Notes under the pieces: model-generated
What the model was told of the DNA's origin: nothing
Database searches by the model: none
What the model saw: only the letters and a program-made list of their open reading frames with translations
Shown: piece by piece, positions 55,914 through 64,000 of the stretch
Layout of the letters: the number at the start of each line of letters is the position of its first letter
Position numbering within the stretch: the stretch's first letter is position 1
NCBI GenBank assembly: GCA_965644295.1
Contig: CBFFRP010000283.1
Coordinates: 17,799-81,798 of the forward strand
From: Paraphysomonas bandaiensis
Taxonomy: Eukaryota; Protista; Chrysophyceae
DNA length: 64,000 bases
Direction: 5' to 3'
Translations under genes and position numbers: made by a program

Positions 55914-56657
55914 ACAATGATATTGTGTAGTTTATTTGTAACCGTATACGGTTCACTGAAATATTTTAAGTTGTGTTTTGTATATACCTAGGCTTTAGCA
56001 CAAGTTCTTGTATTATATTCGACCTGTAATGAATACAGTACCTTCATATTCACAGTATAGAAATCAAAGAATTGATACATTGATATATATTTAGACTAAT
56101 TTATAATGCACTATTAAGTGATACAATACTATGTGATCCTTACGTCGCGCAACACAGCTACGAAAGCATAATGAACAACAAGCAGAAAGCTAGTGAATCT
56201 TAATTAAATTAATTGATACTGTTACTATACGTACCACAGTATTCGTTTTTAACTTCCAACATTAAACTCATAACATAGTACGCTACCACGAACCTGCACA
56301 CACACAGAGAGAGGGGGGGGGGTCTTCGACCCTAGCCGTGTTAACCGTGACCATAAAAACTATTAATTTATACTGACCCTTACCCCTATGGTATCGCTGT
56401 GTATCACGTACAAGTGCTTCCAATATTGTACATTACATTTTTTTATACACTTTTTTGCATAAAAAATGTCGTGTCACCTTTCACAATAAAAAATGCAAAA
56501 AAAATCTTATTTTCACAAATTCTGTAACAGTATACACTACATTTTTTACAACATTTTTCTTAAAAAAAAACTTTTTTCTAAAAAATAAATATCAGAAATA
56601 AATATTTTCAACAAAAATGTCAAAAAAAATGCAATCAAAATAAAATAATACTATACA

Positions 56658-56733
56658 TATTAACCCCAGCGATCAACCGACCCTATTAACCAAGCGATCA
56701 ACCGACCCTATTAACCAAACAATCAACCAACCC
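56658..56733. repeat. Three tandem 25-26-bp subterminal repeats
   Basis: TATTAACCCCAGCGATCAACCGACCC / TATTAACCAAGCGATCAACCGACCC / TATTAACCAAACAATCAACCAACCC. Confidence 0.95.
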
Positions 56734-56873
56734 TGACTTAAACACCGAACAATTACAACAGATAGACGGAACAACAGACCTGTTTAACACTATATATAGA
56801 CATGCCGTATTTTACTCCCTGTTTTACATATATAAGAATATAAAATAATAAAAAAATATATAGTTATATTATA

Positions 56874-57305
56874 ATGTCAAAAGAAATAAAATATTTCAGT
56901 TGTTGTGAAAATGTTGATTCCGAGCGTAACGGTAAGTACTATTACAAACATAAAAAGTACATTCATAAAAATCCTTCTGACTGTTTAAAACATAAGTTAA
57001 ATAGGCCAGCTGATGAAGTCAATGATATAATAAGCAAACGGTTTAAAAAGGATGCTATATATAGTAGTCTTCTTAGTTTTGTACCATGTAACAATTCACC
57101 TGAATGTTACGAATGGCATGATAAATTTATTATTGATTCAGGTTTAAGAGAAAATGAAGATGATGATATTCAAGATGAATTTTATCTTAAAAATAAGTTT
57201 TGGGATTCAGTTGTTTATATTATTGAAAATGACGGCAATAAAGAGAAAATGGAAGCGGATAAGTGGACATATTCAATGAATATTATTGATAATATAATTT
57301 GTTAA
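56874..57305 (+). CDS. Viral hypothetical protein, family A (paralog of 58094-58540)
   Basis: Shares IKYFxCCENVD, SDCxKHKL, DEVxDxIxxRFKK and YIIENDGNKxKMxxxKWxYSxN with 58094-58540. Preceded by the element promoter motif. Confidence 0.8.
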   Translation: MSKEIKYFSCCENVDSERNGKYYYKHKKYIHKNPSDCLKHKLNRPADEVNDIISKRFKKDAIYSSLLSFVPCNNSPECYEWHDKFIIDSGLRENEDDDIQDEFYLKNKFWDSVVYIIENDGNKEKMEADKWTYSMNIIDNIIC

Positions 57306-57344
57306 AAACATTATAGAATTATTTTTTTGTAATGATACATTATA

Positions 57345-57674
57345 ATGTCAAAGGCCGAAAGTAATAAATTTTTCTTTATGGAAATGGAAGGTAAAATTTT
57401 TAGTGTTAAACGTGATTACAAAACAAACGTACAGAACGAAATAGAACAAGGCAAAAAGGAAATGAACATTTTAATAGATAAACAGAATAACATAAATGAA
57501 GAATTATTAAAACTTAACAATAAAATAAGTGATAAAAAAATGTCTTTGTTAACTAAGAGGCAGCTATTAGAATTATACTGCGGCAAGAAACGCATACCGT
57601 GCTTGGATTTTTTCAAAAAAAATGTTACCGATGTTTATATTGATGATGACACAGACAGCGACGAGGACTGTTAA
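57345..57674 (+). CDS. Viral hypothetical coiled-coil protein, family B
   Basis: Intact ORF with TATAATG start. Similar layout to 57773-58057 (hydrophobic-xGx-F/Y head, heptad stretch, RQL motif). Confidence 0.7.
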   Translation: MSKAESNKFFFMEMEGKIFSVKRDYKTNVQNEIEQGKKEMNILIDKQNNINEELLKLNNKISDKKMSLLTKRQLLELYCGKKRIPCLDFFKKNVTDVYIDDDTDSDEDC

Positions 57675-57772
57675 CAGCAATAAAACATTGACTATTAAAT
57701 TATAATTTATTTCAATTATTACATATGTAAAAATATAAAATAATTAAAAAAAATATATAGTTATATATTATA

Positions 57773-58057
57773 ATGAGTGAGTATTTATTAAAGTTGAAAG
57801 GAGAAGTGTACTGTATTAGAAAAACACATATGCCTAAAATTCAGGAAGAGATAAGAAATTTAGACAGAGAAATAGAAGACATGAAAATTACATTATCAGA
57901 ACTTCAGAAACAAAAGAAAGAGTTACAAGTAGAGCTATTAAATGAACGGCAATTAATCATATATGAAAATAAAGACGAAGATAAAAGGACTGAATTATTA
58001 AGAAAATATGATTTTCTACACGGTGAATATCGCAGTGATTCTGTAGGATGGAAATAA
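57773..58057 (+). CDS. Viral hypothetical coiled-coil protein, family B paralog
   Basis: Intact ORF. Its upstream ~55 bp is nearly identical to that of 56874. Confidence 0.7.
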   Translation: MSEYLLKLKGEVYCIRKTHMPKIQEEIRNLDREIEDMKITLSELQKQKKELQVELLNERQLIIYENKDEDKRTELLRKYDFLHGEYRSDSVGWK

Positions 58058-58093
58058 AATATTATAATAATATAAATATATGCTGTTATTATA

Positions 58094-58540
58094 ATGCCAC
58101 ACACAGATATAAAATATTTCATATGTTGTGAAAATGTTGATGATGAAGCAAAAGGTGAATGCGTGGATGATAACGATATAATATATAAACATCGTGATTG
58201 TTCTGACTGCAAAAAGCATAAATTAAGTAAAACAGTTGATGAAGTTCAGGATGTAATACACAGACGTTTTAAAAAACGTTTTGATGTCGCTATGTTACAT
58301 TATCCTCATGAATTTTCTACATTTTTAAATAATTGTTCAGAACAATATATTAACGATAATAATTTAAAAGAAAGAAAAAACGAAGTTATTACCAAAGATG
58401 GCCGTTATTTATGGGATAAACTCTTAAATGCAATTGAATACATCATAGAAAACGACGGAAATAAAAGAAAAATGAAAACAAAAAAATGGAAATATTCATT
58501 AAATGTTGTTGACAAACTAATGGATGATGATGATGATTGA
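58094..58540 (+). CDS. Viral hypothetical protein, family A paralog
   Basis: Colinear conserved blocks shared with 56874-57305. Confidence 0.8.
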   Translation: MPHTDIKYFICCENVDDEAKGECVDDNDIIYKHRDCSDCKKHKLSKTVDEVQDVIHRRFKKRFDVAMLHYPHEFSTFLNNCSEQYINDNNLKERKNEVITKDGRYLWDKLLNAIEYIIENDGNKRKMKTKKWKYSLNVVDKLMDDDDD

Positions 58541-58811
58541 TAAACTGATAAGGTAAATTAAGGGATAAAAACGCGATAATTGTTCGCGAAATTATCCCTT
58601 AGATGTAAAATATATAAATATATTATGTGATATACTTATATATGGTGAATATCGCAGTGATTCTGTAGGATGGAAATAAAATATTATAAAAAAATGCAAT
58701 TGATAAACTGATAAGGTAAATTAAGGGATAAAAACGCGATAATTGTTCGCGAAATTATCCCTTAGATGTAAAAAAATATATAAATATATTATGTGATATA
58801 CTTATATATGG
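58536..58811 (+). repeat. ~110-bp direct repeat (58536-58645, 58699-58811), each copy containing a 43-nt hairpin
   Basis: TAAGGGATAA-AAA-CGCGA-TAATTGT-TCGCG-AAA-TTATCCCTTA at 58559-58601 and 58722-58764. Confidence 0.95.
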
Positions 58812-59038
58812 ACGGCCTAGAATGGGAAATAAACTATGATAATTATGAATTTCCAAAGAAAAATATTATAGACTTAGACAGAGTAATTAACTTAGACACA
58901 CCAAAATTAAACAGAAATAATAATATAGATACAGACATGTTGACTTATGATTTTGCAGAAATAAAAATATCTAATAATGTTAATGGAGAAAATACAGATT
59001 GTTCTAAACAGCAAGACAGCAAACCAATACCTAAATAA
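58808..59038 (+). CDS. Small viral hypothetical protein
   Basis: ATG at 58808 after TATATATG. Its 3' end overlaps the minor capsid start. Confidence 0.45.
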   Translation: MDGLEWEINYDNYEFPKKNIIDLDRVINLDTPKLNRNNNIDTDMLTYDFAEIKISNNVNGENTDCSKQQDSKPIPK

Positions 59039-59714
59039 TAAAACTACTGATTGTATTTTTATATTACCAAAGATAGATGTTAAACGACGTCATAAAGCCT
59101 ATATATCAGTAATTGATGCCTCTATCCCATATTCATTTTATAATGTTAATTCAACCAATAACACACTGAATTATACATTAAATAGTATCCCATATTCACT
59201 TACAATTACAAAAGCCAATTATAATATTAGAACTTTAATAAGTTTTTTACAGTCCAATTTAGAGCCAGGATTTACAATAACTTATAACTCATCAACTAAT
59301 AAATTACAATTTACCCATAGTACTTATGATTTTTCTTTTTCAAATACTTCAACCTGTTTTGAATTATTAGGATTTGAAGATAATATACCCTATTATTCAG
59401 ATTCATTAACATTATTATCAACAATTGGTATAAATTTATTTACAATAAGAAACGTTTTAATAGCATCGTCAAATTTCGTTTTAAATAATATAAATAGTGC
59501 TACACCTAATAAAGCCTCTATTATTACCTCTGTACCTGTTGATGTTAATGCAGGATCTATTATTAATTATAAAAATATTAATAATATTAAGAGCTTAGTA
59601 CATGATATACATAATATAAATACTTTACATGTCCAATTATTAGACCAAGACGCAGATGTATTGGAATTAAACGGTTTACATTGGTCTTTAAATTTATTAT
59701 TAACTATTGAATAA
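58977..59714 (+). CDS. Putative minor capsid protein (penton, single jelly-roll) of PLV
   Basis: Beta-rich 245 aa with IVLNSK, SIPYSFYNVNSTNN, NYNIRTL, ELLGF, IITSVPV and LHVQLLDQD..LELNGLHWSLNL, the pattern typical of Polinton/PLV pentons. Adjacent to the MCP. Confidence 0.72.
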   Translation: MLMEKIQIVLNSKTANQYLNNKTTDCIFILPKIDVKRRHKAYISVIDASIPYSFYNVNSTNNTLNYTLNSIPYSLTITKANYNIRTLISFLQSNLEPGFTITYNSSTNKLQFTHSTYDFSFSNTSTCFELLGFEDNIPYYSDSLTLLSTIGINLFTIRNVLIASSNFVLNNINSATPNKASIITSVPVDVNAGSIINYKNINNIKSLVHDIHNINTLHVQLLDQDADVLELNGLHWSLNLLLTIE

Positions 59715-59744
59715 AAAATATTTCTCTCAATATAGTGTATATAC

Positions 59745-60185
59745 ATGTCAAAACTAGGCAAAAAGCTAAATCGTAAATTTCGTAAACTAGGACGCAAGGC
59801 GGACCATCGCATACATAAACTAGGACAAAAGACGCACGACGTATTAGATAAGGTCCAACATGGAGTAAATAAAGGTCTTGATAAATCAGCAAAAGCAATT
59901 AACGTAGCAGATAAAATATTAGGCGTCGGCGATAAAACTATACACGCTATTAATAAAGCAGGATTAAATACAATGCCCGTTGTTGGATCAGCATCTAGAC
60001 TATTGGAAGCAGGATTACACGAAGGACATAAAGGAGTACATAAGCTACATAAGCTCCATAATAAAGCCGATAAACACAGTAAAAAAGCATTTAAAAAGGC
60101 TCATAACGCAGGTAATAAATTAGAAAAACACAACACAAGAAAAGCTTTAGCTAAGTTAACACAAGATGATAGCACATTTATATAA
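59745..60185 (+). CDS. Highly basic Lys/His-rich viral protein (putative core/DNA-condensing protein)
   Basis: KLGKKLNRKFRKLGRKADHRIHKLGQK and HKGVHKLHKLHNKADKH repeats around a PVVG amphipathic segment. Lies between minor and major capsid genes. Confidence 0.6.
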   Translation: MSKLGKKLNRKFRKLGRKADHRIHKLGQKTHDVLDKVQHGVNKGLDKSAKAINVADKILGVGDKTIHAINKAGLNTMPVVGSASRLLEAGLHEGHKGVHKLHKLHNKADKHSKKAFKKAHNAGNKLEKHNTRKALAKLTQDDSTFI

Positions 60186-60233
60186 ATTATATTTTATTAT
60201 ACTATAAAAAATATTTATCTATTTATAGTATAT

Positions 60234-61589
60234 ATGTCAGGATTACCAAAAAACGTATTATATACAAATAATATAAATTCAAGTTACGCACGTAATTACC
60301 AGAATAATATAGCTCCACAGAATGGTTTAGGGCCATATGGTGCAGGAGAGACCATAATTATTAATGTTCCTACCGGTCGTAATCTCGTAATGTCGGGTGC
60401 TGATTCACTTTTAAAATTAAGCTTAATAGTAAACACAGAAACATCTGACCCTGCGACCACAGCAGAATACGTCAGACTAGATAAGGCGGGTATTCATTCC
60501 CTAATTTCTAGAGTGCGAGTATTTCATGGCTCTACTTTACTTTCAGATATTCAGAATTATAATAATCTAGTTGGTCAGTTAATGACTTTGCAACAGTCCA
60601 ACGACTCTTTTATTAACAAACACACAATTTTATCAGGAACGGAATGTTTCAGCCTTATTGACACCGCTACAAACACAAACGAGGGTTTAATTGTTGGTGA
60701 AAGACTTAATGAATTCACACAAGTTGCGAATGGGGGCAGTACAACTAAACGATATTATACAGTACCAATAATGAATTTTTTAAGCTACAGTGATAAATAT
60801 ATCCCACTGTTCGCAATGACTGGCGCGCCTTTACGACTAGAAATAGTTCTGGTTAATAATCCATTAGAGGGGATAAACTGCGATAAAGCCATAACATCAA
60901 TAGCTATTAATGACGTTGAATATGTTTGTAATTTTATGGAGTTATCAGATGACGCAATGAATAAAATTAATTTGGCATCAAATGGACCTTTAAGGTGGGT
61001 TGTACAAGATTACAGAAATTATTCACATACTGGAAATATTGCCGCTAACGTTGAACTTAGTGTACCCGTACCCGCTAAATATAACTCTTTAAGATCTCTA
61101 TTTTTCAGTATGCGCGATAAACACGCTGGAGAAGTCACCTATTTCCCGTTGTCATCAAATCATTTCGGTCTAGAGTCATACAGTGTTAGATTAGGTAGTA
61201 AGACCGTACCAACTAAAGCACCTAGTTGCCTTCCTGAATTTTTCGGCGAATTGATCAGAGCAATTGGAAGCGTAAGCGATTTGAATCATGAACCAAGCAT
61301 TAATATAAATACTTATGATATGCAAGCGTCAGCAGCCAATAGCGAGACAGCAGCCGATTATAACGGGTGTGCAGCATCATCCAACTTTTATTTAGGTTTA
61401 GATTTAGAAAGTTACAGCAGCTCAGGTATGGAAACAGTATACCAGGGTTATAATTCTAGCACTGACGATATATTTTTTATGCCTCGTTTTTCCTCAAGTG
61501 CCCCCACTGTGACCGCACGCATAGATACATACGCTTATTTTGATCAAGTCATTTTGATTGAAAACGGTTTTGCAACATTGCAATATTAA
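60234..61589 (+). CDS. Putative double-jelly-roll major capsid protein of PLV
   Basis: 451 aa, beta-rich. MSGLPKN..IAPQNG..GETIIINVPT, LISRVRVFHGSTLLSDIQNYN, KYIPLFAMTGAPLRLEI, KYNSLRSL and FYLGLDLESY motifs recall PLV MCPs. Confidence 0.8.
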   Translation: MSGLPKNVLYTNNINSSYARNYQNNIAPQNGLGPYGAGETIIINVPTGRNLVMSGADSLLKLSLIVNTETSDPATTAEYVRLDKAGIHSLISRVRVFHGSTLLSDIQNYNNLVGQLMTLQQSNDSFINKHTILSGTECFSLIDTATNTNEGLIVGERLNEFTQVANGGSTTKRYYTVPIMNFLSYSDKYIPLFAMTGAPLRLEIVLVNNPLEGINCDKAITSIAINDVEYVCNFMELSDDAMNKINLASNGPLRWVVQDYRNYSHTGNIAANVELSVPVPAKYNSLRSLFFSMRDKHAGEVTYFPLSSNHFGLESYSVRLGSKTVPTKAPSCLPEFFGELIRAIGSVSDLNHEPSININTYDMQASAANSETAADYNGCAASSNFYLGLDLESYSSSGMETVYQGYNSSTDDIFFMPRFSSSAPTVTARIDTYAYFDQVILIENGFATLQY

Positions 61590-61672
61590 ATTTATAAAAA
61601 ACCTTTAGATTTTTAAAAAAATAAAAAATTAAAAAATTTATTATTTAAAAAATAATATATATTTGTATATTA

Positions 61673-63235
61673 ATGAGTACAAAAGAGAGTTTTGAAAAGT
61701 TTGATTTAGAACACCTTGATAACCTGACTTATGAACAGTCAAAAACTTACGTAACAAATTATTTTTTCCCACTTACAAGCGGTGCACATGCATATAGAAC
61801 AGGACATAAAAAATTTAGCATTATGGAACACAAAAAAGTTAAAGAAACGTATTTTAACAGAATGGATAAACGGATAGCAAAATATTATTTCACTGAATTT
61901 AAAGGGCTTCGTGAAATAGTTTATGAATTAGGTAAAGGTATATTCCCTGATAAAAAGAAATTAAATTTAGCCGCTCAGTTTGCACATGACTATAAACCAT
62001 ATGAAGACTTTGATGATGAGAGTAAGGAAGGTGTACAGGCGTTTTTATCATATATTAAAGAAATATTGGCATCCAATGATCAGGCGCAATATGAATATTT
62101 ATTAAAGTGGTTTGCAAACATGACAAAGGGTAATAAAAACGAATCTATCATTTTCCTAAAAGGCCCTCAGGGTATAGGTAAATCAACCATATCCCTATTT
62201 ATGAATACTTACGTGCTTGGCCGTGACCTGTGTTTAGAGGCTGGCGCGGACGTGTTGACATCTAAATTTAATTCAGATCTGGGAGGTAAATTATTTGTAT
62301 ATTTTGAAGAATTAGAAAAACAAAGCAGGGCTGATTGGGACGCAATCAATACTAAATTAAAACGATATACGACGAGCGACGTTTATATAATAAATCCAAA
62401 GCATGAGTCAACATATCAGGCTACAAATATTAATAATTATTTAATTAATGCAAATTATAGTTTAAATGAAGAATGCGGAAGAAGGTATTTTATTTGTGAT
62501 ATTTGTTGTAAAAAACGCAATGACTTAAAATATTTTGGATGGCTACGTAATCTATGCTTTAATAACGAGGTTGGACATGCTTTTTACTGTTATTTAATGG
62601 AATACAACACAGAAAAATTTTATAGTCAAAATTTTCCCATCACAAAAAACAAGTTAGATGCATACGCCAAGAGATTGGGAAGCGTTGAAATGTTTTTAAA
62701 GGATGAATTTATATTAAAGAGATTGGATATAAATAATATACTTGTTAAAGAAATATTTAACCATTATATCCAGTATTGTACTCAAAATAATATTAAACCA
62801 GTTAAACATACAATTGATTTTAATAAGGTCATGAGTGAATTAAATTTTATTCACAAAAAGAATAAAGATAGGCGTAATGTGTACAATGTTACATTAGACG
62901 AATTAAATAAAGTTTCTGAATCTTTACATTGGGTTCATGAATTAGATGAATATGATGATGGCCCTGATGTAGAATATAACATTAAAGATACAATTAAAAA
63001 ACGTTGTAATAATCAAAGTAATAAAACAAATGATAACACCATTGCAAGCGCTATTAAAAAGCTTAGCAATAAAAAAAGCGATAAAACAGATGAAGATACA
63101 GATGATGATACAGATGATGATACAGATGAAGATAAAGATGAAGATACAGATGAAGATGATGATGAAGATGAAACACCCCGTGTAAGTCAGAAGACAGTGA
63201 AAGATATAATGAAAACTTACGGAATAAATATTTAA
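61673..63235 (+). CDS. Superfamily-3 (D5/NrS-1-like) DNA helicase with acidic tail
   Basis: EYLLKWFA, Walker A GPQGIGKS, SKFNSDLGGKLFVYFEE (Walker B), INPKH and GRRYFI arginine finger. 12-bp GATACAGATGAW repeats at ~63086-63172. Confidence 0.85.
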   Translation: MSTKESFEKFDLEHLDNLTYEQSKTYVTNYFFPLTSGAHAYRTGHKKFSIMEHKKVKETYFNRMDKRIAKYYFTEFKGLREIVYELGKGIFPDKKKLNLAAQFAHDYKPYEDFDDESKEGVQAFLSYIKEILASNDQAQYEYLLKWFANMTKGNKNESIIFLKGPQGIGKSTISLFMNTYVLGRDLCLEAGADVLTSKFNSDLGGKLFVYFEELEKQSRADWDAINTKLKRYTTSDVYIINPKHESTYQATNINNYLINANYSLNEECGRRYFICDICCKKRNDLKYFGWLRNLCFNNEVGHAFYCYLMEYNTEKFYSQNFPITKNKLDAYAKRLGSVEMFLKDEFILKRLDINNILVKEIFNHYIQYCTQNNIKPVKHTIDFNKVMSELNFIHKKNKDRRNVYNVTLDELNKVSESLHWVHELDEYDDGPDVEYNIKDTIKKRCNNQSNKTNDNTIASAIKKLSNKKSDKTDEDTDDDTDDDTDEDKDEDTDEDDDEDETPRVSQKTVKDIMKTYGINI

Positions 63236-63284
63236 AAAAATAAAAAATAATTTATTTAAAAAATTAATATATAAATATATATTA

Positions 63285-63539
63285 ATGAGAGATAAATTTA
63301 TAGTAGAAGTATATGATAGTAATAATAATCTGATTACATCACAAAACTTTACATCCTATAAGGCAATAGCTCAGGAATACGATATACAATATTCAGAAGC
63401 TAGGAAACTTAACGCTTTATGTGAGTCACGTACAACATGTAAATACTTACATCCATCATTAAAGCGACTGATTAACAGAATAAAAATTTATGATATTAAT
63501 AATATAAATAATTATGATATTAAAAAAATAAAAATTTAA
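63285..63539 (+). CDS. Small viral protein, NUMOD1-like DNA-binding fold
   Basis: IVEVYDSNNNLITSQNFTSYKAIAQEYDI resembles NUMOD1 helix-turn-helix modules. Conserved promoter motif upstream. Confidence 0.5.
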   Translation: MRDKFIVEVYDSNNNLITSQNFTSYKAIAQEYDIQYSEARKLNALCESRTTCKYLHPSLKRLINRIKIYDINNINNYDIKKIKI

Positions 63540-63571
63540 TTATTTAAAAAATTAATATATAGTTTATATTA

Positions 63572-63904
63572 ATGGACAAATATAAGTTTTATAAGATTGA
63601 TGAGAAGGACTTTAAAAACTCAGTTGAAATTACGACCAGATTCAGACACAGAAAAAAAGGTAAAGAATTAGATGTACCCGATATGCACTTTTTATATGAT
63701 ATGATTGAGGAAAACTTACCAGAAGATGCTAATATAATGGTTAGAGCGTTAAATGGTCACAGATACTTTACATTTAAAGGGTATACTAGTTACCATCTGA
63801 ACGTTCAGGATTTTGATGACTATTATAAAAGCTCAGTCAAGAATACTGAGAAATTTGAGAAGTTTGAATTTATTGATATAACGGTGTTCATGTCTACGAC
63901 ATGA
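63572..63904 (+). CDS. Viral hypothetical protein
   Basis: Intact 110-aa ORF with the conserved upstream motif. Confidence 0.7.
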   Translation: MDKYKFYKIDEKDFKNSVEITTRFRHRKKGKELDVPDMHFLYDMIEENLPEDANIMVRALNGHRYFTFKGYTSYHLNVQDFDDYYKSSVKNTEKFEKFEFIDITVFMSTT

Positions 63905-63963
63905 TCCATACGTTAACTCCTGTATTTCTCACAAAATAAAAAATTAAAAAATTAAAAAATTAA

Positions 63964-63997
63964 ATATTTAAAAAATAATATATAGTATATATTAATG
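63964..63997 (+). promoter_or_regulatory. Element promoter motif and ATG (63995) of the next viral gene, cut by the window end
   Basis: TATTTAAAAAAATAATATATAGTATATATTAATG matches the motifs before 61673, 63285 and 63572. Confidence 0.7.
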
Positions 63998-64000
63998 AGC

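Larger units (their letters stand above)
56297..64000 (+). mobile_element. Endogenous Polinton-like virus (left part; continues beyond window)
   Basis: Abrupt very AT-rich block of co-oriented, intronless, intact ORFs, including major and minor capsid-like proteins and an SF3 helicase. Shared upstream motifs, a candidate terminus (CA)n(GA)nG10 and subterminal repeats. Confidence 0.85.

Noticed and set aside
56658-56733. Possible CRISPR-like array
   Set aside because: Repeats are directly adjacent with no spacers, the context is eukaryotic/viral and no cas genes are present.
58536-58811. Repeat-spacer-repeat with a self-matching spacer, as a CRISPR/MIMIVIRE-like unit
   Set aside because: The order of the duplicated pieces is more simply explained by tandem duplication plus microhomology deletion, and there are only two long repeats.

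Overview
Gene-dense eukaryotic DNA with short (~45-60 nt) GT-AG introns. It is most likely an ochrophyte/stramenopile protist; this is inferred from an ER/plastid-targeted CDC48 and the gene style. Bases 1-55.9 kb hold about 14 host genes: EGLN-like 2OG-Fe(II) oxygenase, SMARCAL1-like helicase, sulfatase, two ankyrin proteins, CCT7, a giant IQ/WW protein, SELMA-type CDC48, a Siw14/OCA-like phosphatase, a two-repeat voltage-gated channel with EF-hands, a CaaX-ending Vti1-like SNARE, a DENND4-like GEF and mitochondrial uS9. These are interspersed with an RT-RNase H non-LTR retrotransposon family (one 5'-truncated copy with a 13-bp TSD, two decayed copies, and SINE-like derivatives sharing a structured 3' tail), a decayed hAT transposon and two (TACA)n tracts. 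From about 56.3 kb to the window end the sequence switches to a very AT-rich, intronless, single-strand gene cluster that reads as an intact endogenous Polinton-like virus (PLV). It encodes double-jelly-roll major capsid, penton-like minor capsid, a basic core-like protein, an SF3 helicase and an A-B-B'-A' paralog array, with conserved promoter motifs, a duplicated hairpin and subterminal repeats. The element is cut by the window edge. All family calls come from motif recognition by eye, not database searches; exon boundaries are approximate.
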